Below are positions 8,596 to 17,540 of a stretch of DNA of 29,815 nt, in pieces. Position 1 is the first letter of the stretch, and every line of letters begins with the position of its first letter. Location of the stretch: IMG/VR virus record IMGVR_UViG_3300031088_000793. One strand, given 5' to 3'. The notes beneath the pieces were generated by a model, which saw only the letters and a list, made by a program, of their open reading frames with translations, was not told the origin of the DNA and did no database searches. The translations under genes and the position numbers were made by a program. The stretch comes from a virus. Taxonomy: Duplodnaviria; Heunggongvirae; Uroviricota; Caudoviricetes.

Positions 8596-11500
8596 TCAGA
8601 TATCTCCTGCTAATTTGGCCTGGTAAATCCGGTTCTCAAAGGAGGGGTTGTTCGGTCCGTTCTCTATGAGACCATCGATGGTATACTGCTCATTTCTTCC
8701 ATACCGTTGATCTAGGATGGCTCTACTGGTTTCATTGTAGAGAGGAGTCCAAATCGCAGGATGGACGCCGTACTTGAGATATGAGGATCCGTTCTTACTG
8801 ACACTGCGTATGGAGGGAACAATGCCAAGTATGTCAAATCCAAGGTACTTTTTGGAGGCAGCACTCACCATGCTCTCTATCCCCTTCTTTGCTGCTCGGT
8901 TGATCAGCTGAAGCGAGTAATTAGCCGCCTTTGAGCCCAACTCACGAGTCAATACTTCGGCGCCCCTACCCTTCAGGATCTTCGTCGCTCCCACAGCTAC
9001 CTTTGCGGCCATAGAAGCTGCCTTGATCGGCCCCAATCCAGGAACAAGGAACGAACCCACAGTGCTAACTGTTTTCACATTCTTGTAGAGAGCAGAGCAG
9101 TTGTCTACAGATCCAGGCTGGATGGCGTTTGCCAAATCAGAGGCAAGGGGGACGGGAAGGAGCCCATCCACAGCAGCCGCTGCGGTGGTCAGAGTATCCT
9201 TCATGGACCAAAGCCCAAGAGGATCCGTGAAGCTCAGCGGATTCCCGCTGCCGTAGGAGTAGGGCTCACCCGTGATGAGCAACGCGGGATCTACGCTGAG
9301 GAAACTCGCCGACTTGGGATCGTACCAGCGGGCTCTGAGGTTGTATAGACCCGTGTCCGGATCGAGATATTCGCCCGCAAAGCCAAATCGTGTCTGAGCA
9401 GCTCCTGTGACGCCTGGGGCGGTTGTCTGTGTGAACTTAGAGCCGTACTCATCGTAGCTACGATTCCATAGTGCTGATCCATCCTCGGCTGTGGCGAGCA
9501 CAACGCTCCCTCGCTCATCTCCGTAGAGATAGGTCTTCTCTCCTGTGGACTTATCGATCTGTAGGAAGGGAGTTGAGTCAGCACCGTAGATGTAGTCGAA
9601 GTCTGAGTCCTCGATGAGCTCAGGCGCTGATCCCGAAACAGTGTCCCAGCTGAAGTGCTCAGTGGGATCGCCACTCACTGAGCGGCTGGAAAGAAGACCC
9701 GCCGCATCGTAGCCGTAGCTCACCGTCTTAGTCGGCGAAAGCTCTACAGATTTGAGTGTGTTTGATTTGCTCCAGCTGTAACTAGCTGTCCCGGTGGATG
9801 AACTAAGTCCAGTGCGGTTTCCCCTGCCATCATAGCTGTAGCTCTGAGTGACTCCATCGACAGTTGCCTGAGACAGCCTGCTCGAAGAGCCATCGTAGCT
9901 GAAGCTGTTCGCGCCGATGCTCTGAAGGTTATTCAGTAGATCGTAGCCGTGAGATTGAGCCACATTGCTGAGCTCATCTTTTGAAGACCGTATAGTGCCA
10001 AAGTCACTGTACTGGTAAGACTTATCCTGAGTCACAGTCCCACCGAAGCTGGCGACAGCCTTGCTGATCCTGCTATCTGCATCGAAGTCCAGTGACCTGC
10101 CGTAGAGCTCCCCAGAGCCGTTCGAGACCATGATCTTCTTGGCCCTGTTCAGCGCATCGAACTCAGTGGTCTCAGTGGTGCCGTTGCCGTAGCTCACTCC
10201 GGTACGATTGTAGCGGTCGTCGTAGCTGTAGTCCGCTAGAGTATCCGCACCGAGCTTGACTTTCTGGATATCTCCTAGGCCATCGTAGCTGTAATCTACG
10301 GTGGTGCCGGATGGATAATCAATCGAAGTGACCTCTCCGTAGCCGTTATAGCCGTAGCTGACCTTGTCCTGAGGCGACCCTCGGGAAGTCAGATCACCTG
10401 AGGGGCTATAGCTGTACTCAGTGGTGAGACCTTCGGGAGTAGTCGATTCGAGGAGCTGATCTTTGAGATTGTAGCTGTTCTCGTAGACCTGACCGCTGCC
10501 GTAGTCAGTCGAGATCAGATTGCTGCTCGAATCGTAGCTGTAGGCTACCTCACTCTGATCGGCTCTGATCTCCTTAGTAGCCCTATTGAGTCCATCGTAG
10601 CCGTAGGCAGTGAGCTCTCCCTCTCGATCCGTGACGGACTTGAGGTTGCCCTCTGAGTCATAGCTCCTGAGCTCAGTAGTGCCGTCTGCGTAGGTCGTCC
10701 TCGTGAGGTTCCCGCTGTCATCGTAGCTGTAGGCCGTCTTGCGAAGGCTTTTCTCATCCATCGACTTAAGCTTACCAGCTGGACTATAGCTGTAGTTTGT
10801 CCAGATTCCAGAAGGTGTGACCTTCTGAGTGATGTTGCCGAGCTTGTCGTAGACTAAGCGAGTCACTCCTCCAGAGGGATCGGTGATCTTCTCGAGTCTA
10901 CCGTCTAAGCCGTAGCCGTAGAGCGTCCGATTGCCTGCAGCATCCACATCGGCCGAGAGTAGACCGTCTGTGCTGTACTCCTTCAGCGTAGACTTGCCAT
11001 TGGGAAGGGTTACCTTCTTGAGCAACCCCGTGCCGTTGTACTCATAGGAAGTCTTTGAGTCCTTGGGGTTAGTGGTTGAGATGAGCCGCTGGTTAGCGTC
11101 ATACTCGTAGCTTGTAGTGCCGTGGGAAGTGGTCACGGTGAGAGGGTTGTCCATGCTGTCATAGCTGTACTGAATCTTCGTTCCATCTTTGGCCACAGAT
11201 TCAGTTAGACGACCCGCGCCGTCGTAGGAAAACTCCTCGGTAGAGCCGTTCTCATAGCGTATTCCACTGATGAGTTCTGGATTGTTCCTCTGGTAGCTAA
11301 ACTCAGTCTCGTTACCGAGGGGATCCGTGATCTTCACTGGGTTGCGAGCGCTATCGTAGCTGTAGCTTGTGGTTTTGCCACGGGTATCTGTAGTCGACTG
11401 AAGTAGCTCAGAGCTGCCGTAGCTGTAGCTTGAGCTCAGGCCGCTTTTCTGGCCATTGGGGTCCGTGCGGCTGGTGAGTACTCCCTCGCTGTTGTGTTCA

Positions 11501-13983
11501 AGGCTTGTGACCTTGCCATCGTAGTCCGTACTCTTGACCAGGATTCCGTCAGTGTCGTACTCGCTGGTAGAGATGTTTCCTGCGGGATTGAAGGTTCGAG
11601 TTAGCAGATTCTGATCGTTGTACTCAAATCTGTAGATCGATCTCCCAGGAGTGGCAAGATAGGTCAGGTTACCTCTGCTGTCGTGGCGATAGCTGATCGA
11701 AGCTCCACTGGGAGTGGTCTCCGAGGTGAGCTCTCCATCCGAAGAGTAGCTGTAGCGGTAGATCCTTTCATCAGCCGTGTCCTTGGCGAAGACACGCTGA
11801 GCGAGTCTCCCCGAGCTATCGTAGCTCTCAACGGTTTTGCTACCATCGGGGAGCACGATCTGAGTCACAGAATTGTAGAGATCGTTGCCGTAGCTAAAGC
11901 TCGTCAGACCGCCTCGAGGATCCTTCTGGGAGCTCACTCGTCCGTCTGAGCCATAGGTTGTTTCGTAGACGCCGCCGTTGGGATGGGTAATGGTCCTGAT
12001 GCGGTTGTCCGGGTAGTAGCTGTAGCTCTTCTTCGCGGCAATCCTACTGTCCGCCACTTCAGTGAGATTGCCATCCGTGTAGCTGTAGCCGACTGTGTGA
12101 GAACCGTCGGTGATAGAGCCTATAAGGTCGCCTGCCCAGCTGATGGTGATCGTGCTGGAACCGTTGCTCACTGTCGAAAGCTTGCCAGCAGAGTAGCCGA
12201 GAGTAGCTTCGTTGCCGATACGATCCACGAGCTTTGTAAGCCTACCGGTGCCATCAAAGATGAACTGCTCCTGGTCCCGGGTCCTCGTGAAGGTGTAGCT
12301 ACCTGAAGCGTCTTCAGACAGCGTGGCCCTAAAGCCATTAGGCGCGGTGAAAGTTCGCTGACCATCTTCGCTGGCGGAGAAGCTCACAGTGGAACCATTT
12401 TCCTGATTCACGGTGAGCCGGGTAGAATCGCTCAGACTGGAAGCATTGCCGCTGATTGCCATGCCGTAGCTAAAGGTGGTGCCGTGGCCGAACGGGCCGC
12501 TCTTGGTGTTTCGAAGGCTAGAGTAGGAGCGACCAAAGTTCAGGTCCATAGTGCCCTCTGCCTGAAGATCGGAAGAGTTCTCGAAGAGCTCACCGTTGAG
12601 ACCGTTGATCGGATCCCCGTGGCACTGTTGCTGACAATCGGCTGTTGAGGGATTGGAACCATTCTGGAAGCGGCTGGTTCTGAAGAAATCTGCGGGAGAA
12701 GCTGGGGGTGCATCTTCTGCATCCGCGCTGTCACTGGATGCCATAACCCCTTGGAGCTGAGAGGCATACTCGACCGTCTGATCACGCTTTGCAATGATCC
12801 CCTTGACCCGTGTGACATCGGGACTAGTTAGGCAGCTGATAACGGGCTGGGGAGGTCCGTGGTCTGGCGACTTATCACTACAGACAATTTTGCCTGTATC
12901 AACATCGGAAAGATAAAGCGACTGAATCTCAGAGATCCAGACATTCCTGCTGGTCTTAAAGTTGGCAGTTATGTACTGAGTGTTATTGGGCTGCGGGGTT
13001 TTGATCGTTTCGCCGATTGTGATGGTCCACTTGCGGGGAGGTATGGTGACCACCTCGCTGACGGCCTGAATGTCCTCAAGTTGATCCGGAGTTGTAGCGT
13101 TGCTCTCGCGCTTTGCTATATAGATCTGGTATCTGAGGGTCTCTGTCTCGCCGATGTTTCTAATCAGCCTACTTTCGCTCAATGAGCCCCACCCATTGCC
13201 CTGGCCAGCGATGGGCATGTACTCCATCGCACTGGTGTTCAGATTGTATAGGTAAACCCCATAGTAGGGGTAGAAGTCTGGAATGACAAATGTGCTCACA
13301 TTGAGTGGCTGGTTTGTTTCATAGCCAATCACCGCGACATCTTCAGAGTATGTCCTGATGTGATCAGGATAATGGCTAGTGGTTATTTCCCACTTACCCC
13401 TTTCGATGGTGATCTCATTGCTCTCTGCGATTATTTCCGGGATCTGATCAACGGGAATAGCTGAAGCGCCGTAGCCCACTCCAGACCGGGCTACCACTAC
13501 TTTGAAATTCTTGGATGACTCCTTGGTAAAGCGCGGTATCTTCCAGATATGTTGAACTCCTCCCCCGATGTAGTAGGTCTTTTGAGCGGTGACATCTACA
13601 AAGTAAAAGTAGTAGTCAGCGCTTCTACCCTGAGCGATGTCTGCGGGGAGGTTTCCCGGATCCACGGTAATCGTAGGGGTATAATCATCCGTGTAGAAAA
13701 TGGAAGCGCTTGAGCTAATCGAGAATGAGTACTGTGACTGTTGTGCACTTCTGGCCTGGCTGGGAGCCGAATCCGTCACAGCTTCAGATTCTACGCTCTC
13801 AACGGGTTCTGCCACTTCTGTGGGCGCGGCTTCAGGAGTAGGAACCACCGACGCTGAAGGCTCACTACTCGGTGCAGCACTGGCCGATGTGGGCGTGGCG
13901 ACTACGAAGCCAGCCAAAAGAGAAGCTGCTGCAACCATACCGACTGATCGCAGCAGCTTCGAAGATAGAGTCTGAATTTTCAA
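8596..13983 (-). CDS. secreted Rhs/YD-repeat protein (1795 aa)
   Basis: TTG start with GGGGAG RBS; Sec signal peptide (ASA-A); DUF6531-like DPINGLNGELF...FGRSYSS; many Y-x-Y-D-x-x-G repeats; core end YNLRARWYDP...PYSYGSGNPLSFTDPLG; about 205-aa C-terminal tip. Confidence 0.95.
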   Translation of the reverse strand: MKIQTLSSKLLRSVGMVAAASLLAGFVVATPTSASAAPSSEPSASVVPTPEAAPTEVAEPVESVESEAVTDSAPSQARSAQQSQYSFSISSSASIFYTDDYTPTITVDPGNLPADIAQGRSADYYFYFVDVTAQKTYYIGGGVQHIWKIPRFTKESSKNFKVVVARSGVGYGASAIPVDQIPEIIAESNEITIERGKWEITTSHYPDHIRTYSEDVAVIGYETNQPLNVSTFVIPDFYPYYGVYLYNLNTSAMEYMPIAGQGNGWGSLSESRLIRNIGETETLRYQIYIAKRESNATTPDQLEDIQAVSEVVTIPPRKWTITIGETIKTPQPNNTQYITANFKTSRNVWISEIQSLYLSDVDTGKIVCSDKSPDHGPPQPVISCLTSPDVTRVKGIIAKRDQTVEYASQLQGVMASSDSADAEDAPPASPADFFRTSRFQNGSNPSTADCQQQCHGDPINGLNGELFENSSDLQAEGTMDLNFGRSYSSLRNTKSGPFGHGTTFSYGMAISGNASSLSDSTRLTVNQENGSTVSFSASEDGQRTFTAPNGFRATLSEDASGSYTFTRTRDQEQFIFDGTGRLTKLVDRIGNEATLGYSAGKLSTVSNGSSTITISWAGDLIGSITDGSHTVGYSYTDGNLTEVADSRIAAKKSYSYYPDNRIRTITHPNGGVYETTYGSDGRVSSQKDPRGGLTSFSYGNDLYNSVTQIVLPDGSKTVESYDSSGRLAQRVFAKDTADERIYRYSYSSDGELTSETTPSGASISYRHDSRGNLTYLATPGRSIYRFEYNDQNLLTRTFNPAGNISTSEYDTDGILVKSTDYDGKVTSLEHNSEGVLTSRTDPNGQKSGLSSSYSYGSSELLQSTTDTRGKTTSYSYDSARNPVKITDPLGNETEFSYQRNNPELISGIRYENGSTEEFSYDGAGRLTESVAKDGTKIQYSYDSMDNPLTVTTSHGTTSYEYDANQRLISTTNPKDSKTSYEYNGTGLLKKVTLPNGKSTLKEYSTDGLLSADVDAAGNRTLYGYGLDGRLEKITDPSGGVTRLVYDKLGNITQKVTPSGIWTNYSYSPAGKLKSMDEKSLRKTAYSYDDSGNLTRTTYADGTTELRSYDSEGNLKSVTDREGELTAYGYDGLNRATKEIRADQSEVAYSYDSSSNLISTDYGSGQVYENSYNLKDQLLESTTPEGLTTEYSYSPSGDLTSRGSPQDKVSYGYNGYGEVTSIDYPSGTTVDYSYDGLGDIQKVKLGADTLADYSYDDRYNRTGVSYGNGTTETTEFDALNRAKKIMVSNGSGELYGRSLDFDADSRISKAVASFGGTVTQDKSYQYSDFGTIRSSKDELSNVAQSHGYDLLNNLQSIGANSFSYDGSSSRLSQATVDGVTQSYSYDGRGNRTGLSSSTGTASYSWSKSNTLKSVELSPTKTVSYGYDAAGLLSSRSVSGDPTEHFSWDTVSGSAPELIEDSDFDYIYGADSTPFLQIDKSTGEKTYLYGDERGSVVLATAEDGSALWNRSYDEYGSKFTQTTAPGVTGAAQTRFGFAGEYLDPDTGLYNLRARWYDPKSASFLSVDPALLITGEPYSYGSGNPLSFTDPLGLWSMKDTLTTAAAAVDGLLPVPLASDLANAIQPGSVDNCSALYKNVKTVSTVGSFLVPGLGPIKAASMAAKVAVGATKILKGRGAEVLTRELGSKAANYSLQLINRAAKKGIESMVSAASKKYLGFDILGIVPSIRSVSKNGSSYLKYGVHPAIWTPLYNETSRAILDQRYGRNEQYTIDGLIENGPNNPSFENRIYQAKLAGDI

Positions 13984-14012
13984 GATGGTCTCCCCACTAG
14001 GCCTACTGAGCT

Positions 14013-14018
14013 ATCATA
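14013..14018 (-). promoter_or_regulatory. -10 box TATGAT for the Rhs gene
   Basis: TANNNT about 30 nt upstream of the TTG, overlapping the recurrent TGATAG motif. Confidence 0.45.
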
Positions 14019-14179
14019 CCGAAGATGAAAGCAGGCACACAGTTTCATTTGAAACTCATCACAGTGGGAATAATCTGCTGAAGTTCATAGCTCCTTGCTC
14101 AAGAACAGCTCAGCATCCTATCTTCGGTATCGACCTGATCGACAGCTCCGTCGGAAGCGCCGCTCAACAGCCCGAGGAT

Positions 14180-15187
14180 CTACTCTAGGCGCAGATGGTC
14201 GATTCCGCGAGGAACGATGCCATCGATGGCTTCCAGCGCCTTAGACAGCCTTCCCTCGACCGTGGAGTCCGTGAGCTCGAGGAAGGGGAGATCATGGGCC
14301 TCGAGCACACTCTTCCAGTAATCGTCCGACTGTTCCCGGCGATCTCCGCCGTAGCGGATAGGATCTACCTCGAAGGGGATGTCGCTGTTGAGGATCAGGT
14401 AGAGGTCAGCACGGAGCTCATCCGCATCCTCCCTCAGCCCTGCTGGCACGGTCTCAGGGGACCAGAACTCCCAGTAGCCCAGGGTCGTGTAGAGGTCAGT
14501 GTCGAGGATCACGGCCTGAGGCGTGGGATCCATGGCCTGGAGACCCTGCTGCAGAGCCTTCTGTCCCCGCCAGATCCCCCGCATCTTCTGTTCATCGAGC
14601 TCCCCGGGATTGCTCTCCAGGTAGCCCCGAGCGTACTCGGGAACAGCGATGGTGTTCTTCAGCGCGTCCCGGAGCGCTCGAGCCAGAGTGCTCTTGCCGG
14701 TGCACTCAGCTCCGAAGATCACGATGCGGCGCTGGATCAGCCTCTGAAACTCGGGGATCACCCAGCCCCAGTTGTCAGCGAGGTTCTCCCGGATGCCCGT
14801 GGCCTTGGTGTAGCGGATCGTCCGCTCCATGTCGTAGGGGAAGAACTCGCCTCCGAGGTAGCCCGCGATCTCAGTTCCCCAGGGCTCGCTCACTACGAGG
14901 AAGTCTCCGACTTCGAAGCCCTTGGATCGAAGATGCTCCGCCCACTGGAGATTGGTCTCACCCACAGAGTCATCCCAGGCGGGGATCTCCAGAGGTAACA
15001 CCTCGACGCTGGGATCTGCAGCGAAGCGATCCCGGAGAGACTGCAGCCGCTCCTGCCGATAGGGTTCACCCTCTCGGAGCACATGGACGACCCTAGTGGA
15101 GTCGCCGAGCGCAGCTGCGAAGTTGATCAGATCCGCGTGGCCCAGAGTGGGCGGCATAGCGGAGAGTAGCACAAAGCTCGTTGCCAT
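14180..15187 (-). CDS. nadR: NadR-like bifunctional nucleotidyltransferase / ribosylnicotinamide-kinase-like (AAA_28) protein, without the HTH
   Basis: N-terminal PPTLGH ([H/T]xGH nucleotidyltransferase motif); C-terminal IFGAECTGKSTL Walker A, VPEYAR, ILDTD and DPIRYG, as in the NadR kinase domain. Confidence 0.8.
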   Translation of the reverse strand: MATSFVLLSAMPPTLGHADLINFAAALGDSTRVVHVLREGEPYRQERLQSLRDRFAADPSVEVLPLEIPAWDDSVGETNLQWAEHLRSKGFEVGDFLVVSEPWGTEIAGYLGGEFFPYDMERTIRYTKATGIRENLADNWGWVIPEFQRLIQRRIVIFGAECTGKSTLARALRDALKNTIAVPEYARGYLESNPGELDEQKMRGIWRGQKALQQGLQAMDPTPQAVILDTDLYTTLGYWEFWSPETVPAGLREDADELRADLYLILNSDIPFEVDPIRYGGDRREQSDDYWKSVLEAHDLPFLELTDSTVEGRLSKALEAIDGIVPRGIDHLRLE

Positions 15188-15249
15188 CAGACAGTCTTCT
15201 TTCATATCCTTGTTGTTTGAGTACGGCCGATCAGGAACGCCGTGGTTAG

Positions 15250-15258
15250 ATACTATCA
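15250..15258 (-). promoter_or_regulatory. extended -10 promoter (TGA-TAGTAT)
   Basis: TGn-TANNNT between a hairpin and the nadR-like gene. Confidence 0.55.
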
Positions 15259-15292
15259 ACTTCCCCGCAGCCCTGGACCGAAGACCGCAGCG

Positions 15293-15331
15293 GAAAGGCG
15301 CTCCAAGCCCGTCGGACCTGGAGCGCCTTTC
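15293..15331 (-). terminator. hairpin after the GH16 gene
   Basis: GAAAGGCGCTCCA / TGGAGCGCCTTTC, 13-bp perfect stem. Confidence 0.65.
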
Positions 15332-15363
15332 GCTATGGAACTGCTAGGCAGAGCTGGCTATGC

Positions 15364-16476
15364 TCAGGGAGCGTAGCTGTAGGAGGTAGCCCAGTCCACC
15401 TCGATGTTGCCCTTGGTGCTGGGGTCGGGGAAGCGAGCCTGCCAGGTCTCAGTCTCGGCCTGGAGGGTCCAGCGGAAGTCGGTGCTGGGCGACTTGGTGG
15501 TGGAGTTCACCAGCTCACCGTCCCAGAACCACTTGACGCCCGAAGGAGTCCACTCAGTGGTCGCCACATGCCAGCCAGTGGCGTCGGTCTTGGAGAAGAT
15601 CTCCTTGGCGGGCTCGAAGTTCATGCCGGAGCTCGTCAGAGTGCCGGGCACAGCGAGGCCGGGGCGCATGTGGCCGTCGAGGTTACCCTCGGGCCAGTCG
15701 ATCTCACCCTCATTCCAGTTGTCGCTGCTGGGCCACTGCATGAAGGCGATCTTGTAGCCGACCATGGTGTCAGCGCGGAAGCGGATCGAGTAGCGACCGT
15801 AGGTCTGACCGTTGTAGTCATTGAGCACAGGTGTTGCCACGAGGGGCTTGCCGTTCTCAGTGTGGAGGTTGTAGTTGAGCTTGCCGTTGGCCACGCTCAG
15901 AACCCTGTCGGGAGCGTAGGTGCCGTTGCCCGAGGTGTCCTTGAAGCCATCGTAGCCTCGGAGCGACTCTCCGTAGACATTGCCGACCTGGCCCAGAGCG
16001 GCGGGCTTCGTGAAGTCCTCCTTGAAGTTCTGCTTCCAGCCCTTCAGGTCCCCCACGGGCATGGTGGTGCTCACCGGAGTGGTCTCAGCCTTCACGGTGA
16101 ACTGCTTCTTGGTGCCCTCCCACCAGCTGTTCTGGTACTGAACGCAGGGGAAGTAGGTGTAGGTGCCGGGAGCGAAGTCGGCGGTGGCCTTGTAGGCGGT
16201 GCCCGTGCGCTTGATTGGAGTCTTGGTGAGCTTCGGGTAGTCGAGGTTGTTCTGCCAGGCGTCTCGAACGCAGACGCTGTAGTTCTGCGAGGTGACCTGG
16301 ATGGCCGACTTCACATTGGCGGCCACGGTGACCTTCGATCCAGAGACCGAGGCACTGGAGGAGACGGTGGAGAAGAGAGAGGCGGCGCTCGCCGGGAGCG
16401 CGCCGGTGGTCAGGATCAGGGGGAGTGCGGCCACAGATGCCAGGGTAAGCAGCAGCCTTTTCTTTGAAGTTTTCAC
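15364..16476 (-). CDS. secreted glycoside hydrolase family 16 protein with an N-terminal beta-rich domain
   Basis: GTG start with AAGGA RBS; signal peptide (ASA-A); catalytic E-I-D-x-x-E motif (GEIDWPEG); YGRYSIRFRAD, WHVATTEWTP and WFWDG. Confidence 0.88.
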   Translation of the reverse strand: MKTSKKRLLLTLASVAALPLILTTGALPASAASLFSTVSSSASVSGSKVTVAANVKSAIQVTSQNYSVCVRDAWQNNLDYPKLTKTPIKRTGTAYKATADFAPGTYTYFPCVQYQNSWWEGTKKQFTVKAETTPVSTTMPVGDLKGWKQNFKEDFTKPAALGQVGNVYGESLRGYDGFKDTSGNGTYAPDRVLSVANGKLNYNLHTENGKPLVATPVLNDYNGQTYGRYSIRFRADTMVGYKIAFMQWPSSDNWNEGEIDWPEGNLDGHMRPGLAVPGTLTSSGMNFEPAKEIFSKTDATGWHVATTEWTPSGVKWFWDGELVNSTTKSPSTDFRWTLQAETETWQARFPDPSTKGNIEVDWATSYSYAP

Positions 16477-16504
16477 GGGTTTCCTTCGATTCGGGTGTTT
16501 GACC

Positions 16505-16533
16505 ACACTACGCGGCAAATGCGATAGCGTCAA
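16505..16533 (-). promoter_or_regulatory. SigA-type promoter TTGACG-N17-TAGTGT
   Basis: Near-consensus -35, a 17-nt spacer and a TANNNT -10, upstream of the GH16 gene. Confidence 0.7.
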
Positions 16534-16705
16534 AAGGAGCCACTTTGCATATGAAAACTGCCACGCTGAGCCGCGGGCCATATCGAATGCTCAGAGAACT
16601 GTGCTCACTTCCTAGGCCTGGTTCTAACCCAGAGCGCTATGCTGCCATCCGCACTGTAGAGCGCTCATCCCAGAGTGTCATCACACCGGCCCACTCTCCG
16701 CCGAC

Positions 16706-17392
16706 TCAGCTCCGCCAGTAGGCAGGCACCGCGACCGTGGGCAGCTTCCGCTTCATGGCCAGGTCGAGGAGCTTAGGCCGGAGATCCAGCGCAGCGATGA
16801 GCCCCGTGGTCCTAGTGAAGTCGAGCTGGTAGCTCTTGCCACTGGGAGCCACGAAGTCAACCGGAGGGAGCGTGCTCATGTTCTCCACATAGCGCCGGAC
16901 CTGATCGGCAGCTCCAGCCGCAGCTACCCGCTTGATCTCCACGGCGATGGGCGCTCCGTCCGCGCCCACCGCCAGGATGTCAACGGCTCCAGCACCTGTC
17001 TGAAACTCGCGCTGAAGAGTGACGATCCCCGATCCCAGAGCCTCAGGATGATCGAAGAGCCACTGCTGAAGCTGAGCCTCAGTGCCGTCCACCTTGAGCC
17101 CCGGCTCGTTGCTCCTGTCGAGGAGCTGCTGCTCGAAGGATCCGTGGATCCGGTGGATGGTGATCTGCAGGAGCTCGTGGCGAGCGTCGAAGCTCCAGAC
17201 CTCCTCCCCATCGCCGTTGACCGTGACGAGCTGAGAGGCCGTCTTCATGTAGTTCAGCGGCTTGTTGCTGTTGTCATTGTGGATTGAGACTGAGCCATCG
17301 CTCTTGATCAGGATAGCCCTCGTGCCTCGCTCCAGGGTGCTGTCACCTCTTCCCGAGTAGACAGCCGAGCAGTCTGCTATGATGACTCGCAT
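16706..17392 (-). CDS. nucS: mismatch-specific endonuclease NucS/EndoMS homolog
   Basis: MRVIIADCSAVYSGR...IKSDGSVSIH...KPLNYM N-terminus; EAQLQ, REFQT and VDIL...VEIKR PD-(D/E)xK motif; actinobacterial type. Confidence 0.92.
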   Translation of the reverse strand: MRVIIADCSAVYSGRGDSTLERGTRAILIKSDGSVSIHNDNSNKPLNYMKTASQLVTVNGDGEEVWSFDARHELLQITIHRIHGSFEQQLLDRSNEPGLKVDGTEAQLQQWLFDHPEALGSGIVTLQREFQTGAGAVDILAVGADGAPIAVEIKRVAAAGAADQVRRYVENMSTLPPVDFVAPSGKSYQLDFTRTTGLIAALDLRPKLLDLAMKRKLPTVAVPAYWRS

Positions 17393-17487
17393 GGGTTCCT
17401 GTTCCGGTAGAGCTCAAGGGCTTAGGATCAGCCTCAGCGCTAGGGCCGAGCTTCGCTGTTGATGAGTCTACCCTAACGAGAAAGGGC

Positions 17488-17521
17488 CGGAGAGGAGGGG
17501 CTCTGACCTCCCTTCTCTCCG
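17488..17521. terminator. imperfect purine/pyrimidine hairpin
   Basis: CGGAGAGGAGGGG pairs with the 17509-17521 pyrimidine tract (13 bp, 2 G-T), 20 nt after the stop at 17541. Confidence 0.4.
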
Positions 17522-17540
17522 ACCCAGCTTGGGATCTCCC

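Noticed and set aside
9291-12818. Alternative-frame ORFs nested in the Rhs gene
   Set aside because: Ser/Thr/Arg-rich out-of-frame products without an RBS, typical of repetitive coding DNA.
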